From an uncultured Roseburia sp. (GTDB taxonomy: Bacteria > Bacillota > Clostridia > Lachnospirales > Lachnospiraceae), in NCBI GenBank assembly GCA_947246475.1, contig CAMXSH010000004.1:26701-90700 (forward strand): a DNA stretch of 64,000 nucleotides. The letters run 5' to 3'. This document shows, in pieces, positions 29,101-38,443 of the stretch. Position 1 is the stretch's first letter. Each line of letters starts with the position of its first letter. Under the pieces are notes generated by a model. That model had not been told where the DNA came from. It worked only from the letters and a program-made list of their open reading frames with translations, and did not search any database. The position numbers and the translations under genes are program-made.

Positions 29101-30333
29101 ATGATGCGACCAGAGATCTGTATTCCGGTCACGGATACGACGAGAGACAAAATCATTCAGCGGGCAAAAGAGTTTGCAGTTCTGCCGGCGGAGCTGGTGG
29201 AATGGCGGGTGGACTTTTTTGCCGGATATGAAAAGGAAATAATCAGTGTTGTGAGGGAACTCCGGGAGATCCTCCGGGAGAAAAAATTTATCTTTACTTT
29301 GAGGACAGTACAGGAGGGCGGAGAGGAAAACGGGAGCCGTTTTGACTATGCCGCCCTGTTAAGTGATGTGGCGGCAAGCGGTCATGCGGATTATGTGGAT
29401 GTGGAGATCCGCCGGGATCCCGACATGGTACAGACCGTGATCCGGGCAGCAGGACAGAGTGGAACCAGGATCATCGGATCCTTTCATGATTTCACACAGA
29501 CTCCTTCGGAAGAAGAGATCTTACATATTTTAGAAGAGGCAAGAACCTGCGGTGCAGACATTGGGAAGTTGGCGTGTATGTCATCTACAGATGTAGAAAA
29601 AGGGAGGGCGGATGCGGTGCGCCTGCTGGCAGCGACAGAGCGGATGAAGGAGAAACATCCAGATTTTCCTTTGATTACCATGTGCATGGGAGAGACGGGA
29701 AAGATGACGAGACTGTATGGGGGACTGTATGGTTCTGAGGTTTCATTCGGATGCGTGGGCAGGGAATCCGCGCCGGGACAGATCAGGTTGTCAGAAATGA
29801 AGGAAGTATTTGACAAGTTATATTCCGGCAAACGGCACATTGCCCTCATTGGTTTTATGGGAGTAGGAAAGTCCACGGTCTCCAGGGCGCTTCATCGTCT
29901 CAGCGGCAGAACAGAGATTGATACCGACCAGAGGATCGTAAAGAGGCAGGGGTGTCCGATCTCCCAGATATTTGAGGAGAAGGGCGAATCGTATTTTCGG
30001 CAGCTGGAGACAGATTTTATTGATGAGCTAGCGGCGTCAGAGCCAGGGATCATTTCCTGCGGCGGCGGGATGGCGCTCCGGGATATCAATGTCAAAAAGC
30101 TGCGCGCCATCGGTGAGATCGTACTTTTGACGGCAGAGCCGGAGACGATCTATGAACGGGTTAAGGACAACAAAGACCGGCCCCTTCTCAATGGAAATAT
30201 GAACATACCATATATCAGGGAACTTATGGAAAAGCGTCGGCCATTTTATGAAAAGGCAGCCACAGTCACAGTTTCTACCGATGGAAAGAGTGCGGAGCAG
30301 ATCGCCAGGGAGATCTTATCCGCCGTTTCATAA
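29101..30333 (+). CDS. Type I 3-dehydroquinate dehydratase - shikimate kinase fusion
   Basis: N-terminal EWRVD, FTLRT..EGG, SFHDF, GKLA and SAPGQ (AroD); C-terminal GFMGVGKS, IDTD, FRQLE, CGGG and RPLL (AroK). Confidence 0.92.
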   Translation: MMRPEICIPVTDTTRDKIIQRAKEFAVLPAELVEWRVDFFAGYEKEIISVVRELREILREKKFIFTLRTVQEGGEENGSRFDYAALLSDVAASGHADYVDVEIRRDPDMVQTVIRAAGQSGTRIIGSFHDFTQTPSEEEILHILEEARTCGADIGKLACMSSTDVEKGRADAVRLLAATERMKEKHPDFPLITMCMGETGKMTRLYGGLYGSEVSFGCVGRESAPGQIRLSEMKEVFDKLYSGKRHIALIGFMGVGKSTVSRALHRLSGRTEIDTDQRIVKRQGCPISQIFEEKGESYFRQLETDFIDELAASEPGIISCGGGMALRDINVKKLRAIGEIVLLTAEPETIYERVKDNKDRPLLNGNMNIPYIRELMEKRRPFYEKAATVTVSTDGKSAEQIAREILSAVS

Positions 30334-30417
30334 GGCACAGCTTCGGCATTCGTTTCTGGTAGGAAGAATCAGGAAATAAAGCAGTTGGAAATAAATTGGA
30401 AACAATAAAAATTTTTC

Positions 30418-30446
30418 TTGAAAAATGTTTCAAAATATAATAGAAT
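30418..30446 (+). promoter_or_regulatory. Sigma-A-type promoter for efp
   Basis: TTGAAA-17 nt-TAGAAT. Confidence 0.55.
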
Positions 30447-30522
30447 AATGCTTAGATGTATTAAATTGTATAGAACGAATTAAAATGAGTATTCTGTACG
30501 TAAAAAGCAGGAGGAACTGAAT

Positions 30523-31080
30523 ATGATTTCAGCAGGAGATTTTAAAAATGGATTGACCATCGAGATAGATGGAACTGTATTTCAGATCATTGAATTTCAG
30601 CATGTTAAGCCGGGCAAGGGTGCAGCATTTGTTCGTACCAAGCTCAAAAATGTTGTAGACGGCGGTGTTGTGGAGAAGACCTTCCGCCCGACAGAAAAAT
30701 ATCCCCAGGCACACATCGACAAAAAAGAGATGCAGTATCTGTACGCAGAGGGTGATATGTATAATTTCATGGATATGGAGACCTATGACCAGATCGCACT
30801 TGCAGACGATGCCATCGGCGATGCGATGAAATTTGTGAAAGAAAATGATATGGTGAAGATGGTATCCTATAAAGGAAATATCTTTTCTGTAGAGCCGCCG
30901 ATGTTTGCGGAGCTTGAGGTTACTGAGACTGAGCCTGGTGTAAAAGGTGATACAGCGACAAACGTGACAAAGCCGGCTACTGTCGAGACGGGAGCACAGG
31001 TAAACGTTCCTATTTTTGTAAACCAGGGTGATGTGATTCAGATCGATACCCGTACCGGAGAATATTTGAAGAGAATCTGA
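30523..31080 (+). CDS. efp: Elongation factor P
   Basis: [29 protein letters not shown] and DTRTGEY motifs. Confidence 0.98.
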   Translation: MISAGDFKNGLTIEIDGTVFQIIEFQHVKPGKGAAFVRTKLKNVVDGGVVEKTFRPTEKYPQAHIDKKEMQYLYAEGDMYNFMDMETYDQIALADDAIGDAMKFVKENDMVKMVSYKGNIFSVEPPMFAELEVTETEPGVKGDTATNVTKPATVETGAQVNVPIFVNQGDVIQIDTRTGEYLKRI

Positions 31081-31139
31081 TGCTTTATATCAAATGAGAT
31101 GGGAAAACATCCGGGAAATTAAAATAATAGAGAATATGA

Positions 31140-31166
31140 CAAGAGGGCTGTAAAAAGGCTCTCTTG
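31140..31166 (+). terminator. Terminator-like hairpin after efp
   Basis: CAAGAGGGCT / GGCTCTCTTG stem followed by ATTTT. Confidence 0.5.
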
Positions 31167-31259
31167 ATTTTGGTTTTAAGGAAAAAATCTAAATAACCGT
31201 ATGAGGTGGTTTTTAAAACCAAATCATAGAGGATCGTATTTTATTTTGGAGGAGATTTC

Positions 31260-32234
31260 ATGGCAGTTAAGATTATCGGAACCGGGAGTTATTTACCGAA
31301 GAATGTGGCGGATAATCAGTTTTTATCCACCATCGTGGATACCAATGATGAATGGATCAGCCAGCGGACAGGGATCAAAGAGCGTCATTTGTCCAGCGGG
31401 AGCAAGGAGGGAACCTCTTTTATGGCGATCGAGGCAGCCAGGGCGGCTCTTGATAATGCGGGAATAACACCGGAGGACCTGGATCTGATCATTGTGGCAA
31501 CAGTGTCGGCTGATACCTACGTTCCCAGCACTTCCTGCCAGGTTCAGGGAGAGATTGGTGCAATCCGTGCTACCTGTTTTGACCTGAATGCCGCCTGCTC
31601 TGGTTTTTTGTTTTCGATGAATACAGCAAATGCCTATCTTGAGATGGGGATGGCGAAAACGGCATTGATCATCGGTGCGGAGACGCTTTCCCGCGAGGTG
31701 GACTGGTCAGACCGCAGCACCTGTATTCTCTTTGGCGACGGCGCCGGCGCCGCCGTGCTGAAAAAAGTGGAGGGTGAAGGCGGCATCCTCGCCAGCGTTA
31801 CCGGTTCGGATGGAACCCAGGGAGATGTCCTCACCTGTAAGGGAAGGGGGATCCAGAATCCATTTTATAAGAGCAGAAGAAAAAAGGATTATATCCAGAT
31901 GCAGGGGCAGGCGGTGTTCCGTTTTGCGGTGTCAACGGTTCCCAAGTATATTAAGCATATACTGAAGAAGACGGAGCTGGAGCCAGATGATATCAAATAT
32001 TACATTTTGCATCAGGCAAACCGCAGAATCCTGGAGCTGATTGCAAAGCGGCTGAAGGTGGATATGGATAAGATCCCGATGAACCTTGACCATTATGGCA
32101 ACACATCTTCGGCGAGCATACCGATCCTTCTGGATGAACTCAACCGCAATGGATTACTGGAACAAGGAGATAAGATCGTTCTCTCTGGTTTTGGCGGCGG
32201 CCTGACCTGGGGAGCTACGTTGATTGAGTGGTAA
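31260..32234 (+). CDS. fabH: 3-oxoacyl-ACP synthase III
   Basis: RTGIKER, DLNAACSGF (catalytic Cys), LFGDGAGA, LHQAN and YGNTSSAS motifs. Confidence 0.96.
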   Translation: MAVKIIGTGSYLPKNVADNQFLSTIVDTNDEWISQRTGIKERHLSSGSKEGTSFMAIEAARAALDNAGITPEDLDLIIVATVSADTYVPSTSCQVQGEIGAIRATCFDLNAACSGFLFSMNTANAYLEMGMAKTALIIGAETLSREVDWSDRSTCILFGDGAGAAVLKKVEGEGGILASVTGSDGTQGDVLTCKGRGIQNPFYKSRRKKDYIQMQGQAVFRFAVSTVPKYIKHILKKTELEPDDIKYYILHQANRRILELIAKRLKVDMDKIPMNLDHYGNTSSASIPILLDELNRNGLLEQGDKIVLSGFGGGLTWGATLIEW

Positions 32235-32292
32235 AACTGGGATTGTAAATTGGCGCCATTGAGTTAGCCCGGTGGCACCTTCAAGTTAAGGA

Positions 32293-32424
32293 GCCCTGCG
32301 GTTTATCCGCAGGGCGAACTAATTTACGCGAAGGTAAAGTGAGAATATCTGCGGGCTTGCTCGCAGGAAATTCGAGCGCACCCGCGAACCTGAGCGGTCT
32401 CGCGAAGCGTGACGCTCGGGGTTT
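32293..32424. repeat. Cluster of three GC-rich hairpins (REP-like intergenic element)
   Basis: GCCCTGCGG-TTTAT-CCGCAGGGC (32293-32315), CTGCGGGC..GCTCGCAG (32349-32366) and a long imperfect stem closed by GCGAAGC (32386-32424). Confidence 0.55.
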
Positions 32425-32436
32425 GGAGGAAAGAGA

Positions 32437-33156
32437 ATGATTAAGAAAATATTAATACAGGGGGCGATGGAGAGTGAGATATGCTGGTATCTGGAGCAGG
32501 AATGTTTTCAGAAGGCAGAGAAAATTACCAGAAACGGTTTTCCTTTCTATCGGACGGAGCTGAATGGCAGGGAGATCCTTCTGCAGCTTACTAAAATGGG
32601 AACGGTACACGCTGCCATCGCCACCATGACAGCGATTTATGAGTTCCAGCCGGATGTTATCATCAATCAGGGAACTGCTGGAGCCCAGGTGGATAGCTTA
32701 AGAAGCGGAGATCTGGTGATCGGCAGCCAGGCGGTCAATGTACATTCCCTGGAGATGCCCAAGAGGGATTTTGGAGAGGGCATGGCGCCGGAAAAGTGGC
32801 TGAAGATGGAAACAGAGTATATCGATGCGGACCCGGATCTGGTTCAAAAGTTTGAGCAGGGGATCGGGCAGGAAACCAGGACGGGAAAGGTGGTTTCGGG
32901 AATTCTTGGAACAGGGGATCTGTTCAGTAAGGAAAAGGACAGGATCCAGTGGCTGCATGACACATTTGGCCATCTCAGTGAGGACATGGAATCCTTTGCG
33001 GTGTATAAGGCATGCCGGGAATGCAGCGTACCCTGTGTGGCGCTGCGGGTGATCTCCAACAACGAGCTTCTGAATGAAGATTATGACAAGGGGACGTCGC
33101 TGGAGCTGCAGAGAGTGATCTGGGAGACAATAAAGTCATTGTACATTTTCCCATAA
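32437..33156 (+). CDS. mtnN: 5'-methylthioadenosine/SAH nucleosidase family protein
   Basis: IQGAMESE, MGTVHAA, INQGTAG, GTGDLF, DMESFAV and RVISN motifs. Confidence 0.8.
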   Translation: MIKKILIQGAMESEICWYLEQECFQKAEKITRNGFPFYRTELNGREILLQLTKMGTVHAAIATMTAIYEFQPDVIINQGTAGAQVDSLRSGDLVIGSQAVNVHSLEMPKRDFGEGMAPEKWLKMETEYIDADPDLVQKFEQGIGQETRTGKVVSGILGTGDLFSKEKDRIQWLHDTFGHLSEDMESFAVYKACRECSVPCVALRVISNNELLNEDYDKGTSLELQRVIWETIKSLYIFP

Positions 33157-33200
33157 CACGGTATAATGGAACTATAAATGATTTGGAGGTAAAAGACAGA

Positions 33201-34985
33201 GTGAGAGATATTTTATGCTATACGAGAAAACCAATTGACGAGTTTTATTATGATCCGAAACTGGCTTACAGCATGCACCTTGCACTGGGAGAAGAGGGGG
33301 GCTTCCAGGCCCTTAATCATAATTCAGGGGTACTGTTTGCCAAGGCGACAGAAAATGAGGATGGTTCACTGAATGCAAAAAGTATCCGCAATCCCTATCT
33401 GTTTGTGATGAAGGATGGTACATACGGAGTAGTGGCTGTGCGGGTAGACGGTGATGGCGGTGAGGATGTGGAGAGTACAGGTAAGGCCATATTTTTTACC
33501 AGCCACGATCTGCTGGAGTACAAGGAGGAAGGTCTTCTGTCTCTGTGCGAGGGAGCGGTAGACCGGGTGGTGTGCCGTTATGACCCTGGAAAAGAGATGT
33601 ATGAATTGTGCTGGTGCCAGTCAGACCAGCAGTGGCACAAGACAGAGCTGCAGGACATAGAATGCACAGACCAGAAGATCACTGGCGTGAAGGTGGATGA
33701 GCTGGTCCTGCCAGTGGTGGAGACGGAGATTGAAGGGGCAGTGGCAGGAAATGTCATTTCTATACCGGATGAGACAGCAAAGCGGTTGCAGCAGAAACTG
33801 CAGCCCCCCAGTCATATAAAGACGGAAGTGCCAGAGGAAGTCCAGGCAGCCAGCCGGGAGCAGCTGGATATGGTCTGGGCAAGGGCGCTGTACAGCGATG
33901 GGACAGTTGCATTAAAGCGGGTGGACTGGAATATGGACTCCATCGACTGGAGCAGTCCGGGAGTTTACGAGGCAGAGGGGAAGCTTCATCAGGATCATTT
34001 TCCTTTCCCTATGGCGGAGGACAGGGCAGATCCCTGCATTACATACTGGAACGGAAAATATTATTTTATTGCTACCAATGACGCAGACAAGAACCATACT
34101 TTATATGTCAGAGAAGCGGATACCATTCCGGGCCTGGTGGAGGCAGAAGAGCATCTGATCCTGGATTCGGATACCTATGATTATGTGGGAAATCTTTTAT
34201 GGGCGCCGGAATTTCATGAGATCAAAGGTGAATTATATATATTTCTGGCGCTTACTCCTGAGGAGTTTTTCTGGGAGGAATCCCACATCATGAAGCTGAA
34301 AGAAGGCGGGAATCCTTCCTGTAAGGAAGACTGGTCGGAGCCAAAACGGGTGGTTCGCAGCGATGGAAGCCAGCTGTGCGAAGCGGGGAAGACCATTACG
34401 CTGGATATGACATGTTTTTTCTGGGAAGGAGACTATTATGTGGTCTGGTCACAGCGGGAGTTTCTGCCCAAAGATCTCGGAGCCTGGCTCTATATCGCTA
34501 AATTAAATGCGGATGAACCATGGAAGCTGCTCTCGGAACCGGTACTGCTCTCCAAACCGGAATATGGATGGGCAAATAACCATACCTTTGTGGATGAAGG
34601 ACCATTTGCCCTTCCCCAGGAAGAACGTCTGATTCTTACTTTTTCCAGCGCGGCTGTGGATACTTCCTATGTGGTGGGGATCATGACCATCGACAGGGGG
34701 AAAGATCTGCTGGATGCGAAAAACTGGAAGAAGGGAAATTATCCCATTATGACCTCCCGCAGTGTGGAGGGAGAATTTGGAACAGGCCATAATGCTTATG
34801 TGGTGGATGAATACGGCGATATCTGGAATTCCTACCATGCCAGACCAGGGATCCACGGTGAGAGAAGCAGCGGGATCCGCAGGGTTCATTTTGATATCGA
34901 TGGTCTGCCGGTACTGGATCTTGTGGAGAGCCAGGATGTTTCGGAAGAATTCAGCTGTGTCAGGACAAAAGTCGTAGTTGGATAG
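33201..34985 (+). CDS. Glycoside hydrolase family 43 (arabinofuranosidase/xylosidase-like) with an N-terminal extension and an Ig-like segment
   Basis: RADP, LWAPE, LDMT, VDEGP and GTGHN motifs. The segment ALYSDG...VDW...GVYEAEG resembles a Big_4 Ig-like module. Confidence 0.85.
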   Translation: MRDILCYTRKPIDEFYYDPKLAYSMHLALGEEGGFQALNHNSGVLFAKATENEDGSLNAKSIRNPYLFVMKDGTYGVVAVRVDGDGGEDVESTGKAIFFTSHDLLEYKEEGLLSLCEGAVDRVVCRYDPGKEMYELCWCQSDQQWHKTELQDIECTDQKITGVKVDELVLPVVETEIEGAVAGNVISIPDETAKRLQQKLQPPSHIKTEVPEEVQAASREQLDMVWARALYSDGTVALKRVDWNMDSIDWSSPGVYEAEGKLHQDHFPFPMAEDRADPCITYWNGKYYFIATNDADKNHTLYVREADTIPGLVEAEEHLILDSDTYDYVGNLLWAPEFHEIKGELYIFLALTPEEFFWEESHIMKLKEGGNPSCKEDWSEPKRVVRSDGSQLCEAGKTITLDMTCFFWEGDYYVVWSQREFLPKDLGAWLYIAKLNADEPWKLLSEPVLLSKPEYGWANNHTFVDEGPFALPQEERLILTFSSAAVDTSYVVGIMTIDRGKDLLDAKNWKKGNYPIMTSRSVEGEFGTGHNAYVVDEYGDIWNSYHARPGIHGERSSGIRRVHFDIDGLPVLDLVESQDVSEEFSCVRTKVVVG

Positions 34986-35054
34986 CTTTTTGGTGTTACG
35001 AAGAAAATGATGCCGCGGGGAATGCGGCGGGGAAAGCGAGGAGGAAATAAAGCA

Positions 35055-36479
35055 ATGAAGGAAGCAGCAGACGGCAGGAAGAAACAGGCGGTGAATCCAT
35101 ATCTTCCCTCCTGGGAGTATATTCCGGACGGAGAGCCTTATGTCTTTGACGGAAGAGTGTATGTATATGGTTCCCACGATTATTATAACGGGCATGTATT
35201 CTGTCTGGGGGATTATGTGTGCTGGTCGGCGCCGGTGGAAGATCTGGGAGACTGGAGATATGAGGGAGTGATCTATCCAAAGACGGAGGATCCGCTGAAC
35301 AAGGACGGAAAGATGTGTCTCTACGCACCGGATGTGACAGTAGGACCGGACGGAAGATATTATTTATATTATGTGCTGGATCATGTATCTGTGGTTTCTG
35401 TAGCAGTCTGCGATTCGCCGGCAGGACAGTATCAGTTTTATGGATATGTACATTATGAAGATGGCACAAAGCTGGGAGACAGGGAGGGAGACGAACCTCA
35501 GTTTGATCCTGGTGTGCTTACCGAAGGGGAACGTACCTATCTTTATACCGGCTTTTGTGGCAGAGGGGATAAGTCCCGTACCGGAGCTATGGCGACGGTT
35601 CTTGGCCGGGATATGCTTACGATCATCGAAGAACCGGTGAGGGTGGCTCCCGGATGCGAATATTCAGAGGGCAGCGGCTTTGAAGGTCATGAGTTCTTTG
35701 AGGCATCCTCTATGCGAAAGATCGGAAATACCTATTATTTTATTTATTCTTCCGTTGTAATGCATGAGCTCTGTTATGCTGTGAGCAAGGAGCCATGTAA
35801 AGGATTTACCTATGGAGGGGTGATCGTCAGCAACTGTGACTTGAATCTGGATGAGGGCAAGCCGGCTTCCCTGCCTATGGCTTATGGCGCCAACAATCAC
35901 GGAAGCATTGTGGAGATTGGTGGAAAATGGTACATATTTTATCACCGCCACACCAATGGCAGCTGGTACAGCCGGCAGGGGTGCGCCGAGGAGATTCACA
36001 TTCTGCCAGATGGAAGCATCCCTCAGGTGGAGATCACGTCCTGTGGTCTGAATGGCGGTCCCCTGTCAGATGAAGGGGAATACCCTGCTTATATAGCCTG
36101 TCACTTATTTACGGATAAGCCTTCTGTCTATGTAGGGGGAGATGAATTTCCCAAGATCATGCAGGATGGAAGAGATGGAGATGAAGAGCCGGGATATATC
36201 GCTAATATGCAGGATTCTGCCACTGCGGGATTCAAATATTTTTCCTGTGAAGATGTGACAGGGATCCGGATTAAAGTCCGTGGTTATGCAGATGGCGTAT
36301 TTGAAGTCAAGACAAAATGGAACGGAGAAGCGCTGGCGGCGATACCGGTTCAGTACACCAATGTGTGGGAAGAGTATTCTGTAAAAGCACCGGTTCCAGA
36401 CGGGACCCAGGCGATCTATCTCACCTACCGGGGAGGTGGCACGGCGAGTTTACTGTCTTTCGAGCTGCTGCATGAGTGA
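35055..36479 (+). CDS. Glycoside hydrolase family 43 with a C-terminal CBM6-like module
   Basis: NPYLPSWEYIPDGEP, YAPDV, FDPGV, FFEASS and NNHGS motifs; C-terminal GFKYF beta-sandwich. Confidence 0.87.
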   Translation: MKEAADGRKKQAVNPYLPSWEYIPDGEPYVFDGRVYVYGSHDYYNGHVFCLGDYVCWSAPVEDLGDWRYEGVIYPKTEDPLNKDGKMCLYAPDVTVGPDGRYYLYYVLDHVSVVSVAVCDSPAGQYQFYGYVHYEDGTKLGDREGDEPQFDPGVLTEGERTYLYTGFCGRGDKSRTGAMATVLGRDMLTIIEEPVRVAPGCEYSEGSGFEGHEFFEASSMRKIGNTYYFIYSSVVMHELCYAVSKEPCKGFTYGGVIVSNCDLNLDEGKPASLPMAYGANNHGSIVEIGGKWYIFYHRHTNGSWYSRQGCAEEIHILPDGSIPQVEITSCGLNGGPLSDEGEYPAYIACHLFTDKPSVYVGGDEFPKIMQDGRDGDEEPGYIANMQDSATAGFKYFSCEDVTGIRIKVRGYADGVFEVKTKWNGEALAAIPVQYTNVWEEYSVKAPVPDGTQAIYLTYRGGGTASLLSFELLHE

Positions 36480-36534
36480 CGGAGCGGGGCTCAGACTGAA
36501 GATTTTGAGCTGTCGGTTTATATGAAATAAAAAC

Positions 36535-36576
36535 GGGATCCCAGAAGGCAGGTCATGGCCTGTCTTCTGGGATCCC
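36535..36576. terminator. Likely bidirectional terminator
   Basis: GGGATCCCAGAAGGCAGG / CCTGTCTTCTGGGATCCC between convergent genes. Confidence 0.75.
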
Positions 36577-36641
36577 TTCTTAGGGTTCATGGCGTCGTTG
36601 CGCTATATCTGGACGGGCATTTTAACGCCGTTCCTGTATTG

Positions 36642-37013
36642 TCAAAGTTCTACTAAAATATCCAGCAGTGAGCGGTGTACTGCCTGAAGTTCCTCAGAGA
36701 CGGAACTAAGCTGATCCGCGTCGATCTCTTCCAGCTGATTTTTACCCCGGAGAAGTTCAACCATTTCGGCCGCATGTTTAGCGATTGGATCCAGACCAAG
36801 ATTTCCCGCAACACCTTTTAACGTGTGTGCGCTTTTGAATGCCTCTTCTACATTCTTTTCTGCCAGATATTTCTCGATATTTGCAGCACTTTCGTCATTT
36901 TGATACTTGGCAAGAAACTTGAGGTACAGGTCTTCTTTGCCCATAAAACGTTTGATGGCAGTGTCTACATCGACACCTGACTCTTTTAATTTGTCAAAAA
37001 ATAATGTATCCAT
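36642..37013 (-). CDS. Stand-alone Hpt (histidine phosphotransfer) protein
   Basis: AHTLKGVAGNLG motif; 123 aa, helical. Confidence 0.92.
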   Translation of the reverse strand: MDTLFFDKLKESGVDVDTAIKRFMGKEDLYLKFLAKYQNDESAANIEKYLAEKNVEEAFKSAHTLKGVAGNLGLDPIAKHAAEMVELLRGKNQLEEIDADQLSSVSEELQAVHRSLLDILVEL

Positions 37014-37291
37014 TTTGTCCCCCTGCTAAAGTTATTCGCCGGGAGCAAGTGTGTTTTGCCTCCGACCGTATAAATTTAAGTTTATTATACAGGATTTTGG
37101 TGGGATTGTCTAACTATTTTTTTCATTCCTGATGAACTTAAATCGATAGAAAGAAATACCTGTGGATGGCAATATATAACACCTTTAAGAAGGCAATTAT
37201 CAATCGGATATTTGTTGACATTTTCAACAATCTATGATATCCTCTAGTTTAAAGAATGTTAAAAAATAAAATAAGTTGTACAGGAGTAAAA

Positions 37292-38374
37292 ATGGATATA
37301 GAACGGATTTTAATAGTAGATGATGAAGAAGTAAATCGAACCATATTGGAAGTAATGTTCCGGTCAAGTTTTCATATTGTGGAGGCCACCAATGGTCAGG
37401 AGGCAATTGACAGGCTTGAGGAAGATCCGGGGTATGTGCTGGTTTTGCTGGATATTGTGATGCCAATAAAAGATGGATTTGATGTGCTGGAGTATATGAA
37501 GCAGAAGGGACTGATTGAGCAGGTTCCGGTTATTCTGATCACCAGCGAGACCATCCGGGACAGCGAGGACAGAGCATATGCTTATGGCATAGCGGATGTG
37601 ATACATAAACCATTTTATCCGGATATTGTTAAAAGAAGAGCGCAGAATATCATTGATCTCTACCAGCATCAGGCAAACATGGAGAGAAAACTGAAAGAGC
37701 AGGAAGAGGCGATCCTGGCGAAGGAAAAGAAGATCCAGGAAAACAATGAATTTTTGATCAGCGCCCTCAGCTCTGTAGTGGAATTCAGAAGTTCGGAGAC
37801 CGGAGAGCATATCCGCCGGATCAAATACTTTACAAGGATCTTGTTAAAGTATCTGGCGAAATATTTCCCCAAATATGGAATTACCGATGCGCAGATTAAT
37901 GAGATTGCCAGGGCGTCTGCGCTTCATGATATTGGAAAGATTGGAATACCGGATTCCATTCTGTTGAAGCCAGGAAAGTTGACAGCAGAAGAATTTGAGA
38001 CGATGAAGACGCATACGACGATCGGCTGCGACATGCTTAAAAAGTTCAAGAAAGAAGAGGACAATGAGTTTTACCGGTACTGTTATGACATCTGCCGTTA
38101 TCATCATGAAAGATGGGATGGCAATGGATACCCGGATCATCTGGCAGGGGATGAGATCCCAATCTGGGCGCAGGTGGTATCGATCGTAGACGTGTACGAT
38201 GCGCTGATCAGCGAGAGGGTATATAAGGCTGCATTCCCTCATACCGTTGCCTATGAGATGATCCAGAACGGTGAGTGTGGACAGTTTTCTCCGGATATTC
38301 TGGAGTGTTTTGAACTTGCAAACGAAGACTTCTTTGATATGGTAGATGTAAATCGTATATTTAGTTTTATGTAA
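37292..38374 (+). CDS. Response regulator with HD-GYP output (RpfG-like c-di-GMP phosphodiesterase)
   Basis: REC (IVDDEE, LDIVMP, KPF) plus ETGEHIRR, ASALHDIGKIGIPD, HHERWDGNGYP and DVYDAL motifs. Confidence 0.93.
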   Translation: MDIERILIVDDEEVNRTILEVMFRSSFHIVEATNGQEAIDRLEEDPGYVLVLLDIVMPIKDGFDVLEYMKQKGLIEQVPVILITSETIRDSEDRAYAYGIADVIHKPFYPDIVKRRAQNIIDLYQHQANMERKLKEQEEAILAKEKKIQENNEFLISALSSVVEFRSSETGEHIRRIKYFTRILLKYLAKYFPKYGITDAQINEIARASALHDIGKIGIPDSILLKPGKLTAEEFETMKTHTTIGCDMLKKFKKEEDNEFYRYCYDICRYHHERWDGNGYPDHLAGDEIPIWAQVVSIVDVYDALISERVYKAAFPHTVAYEMIQNGECGQFSPDILECFELANEDFFDMVDVNRIFSFM

Positions 38375-38443
38375 ATGGAACAGACGGCGGAGTAGAAGGA
38401 AACTGCTGCTTTATACGCTGTCTTTCTATGTGTGGAGGAAGAT

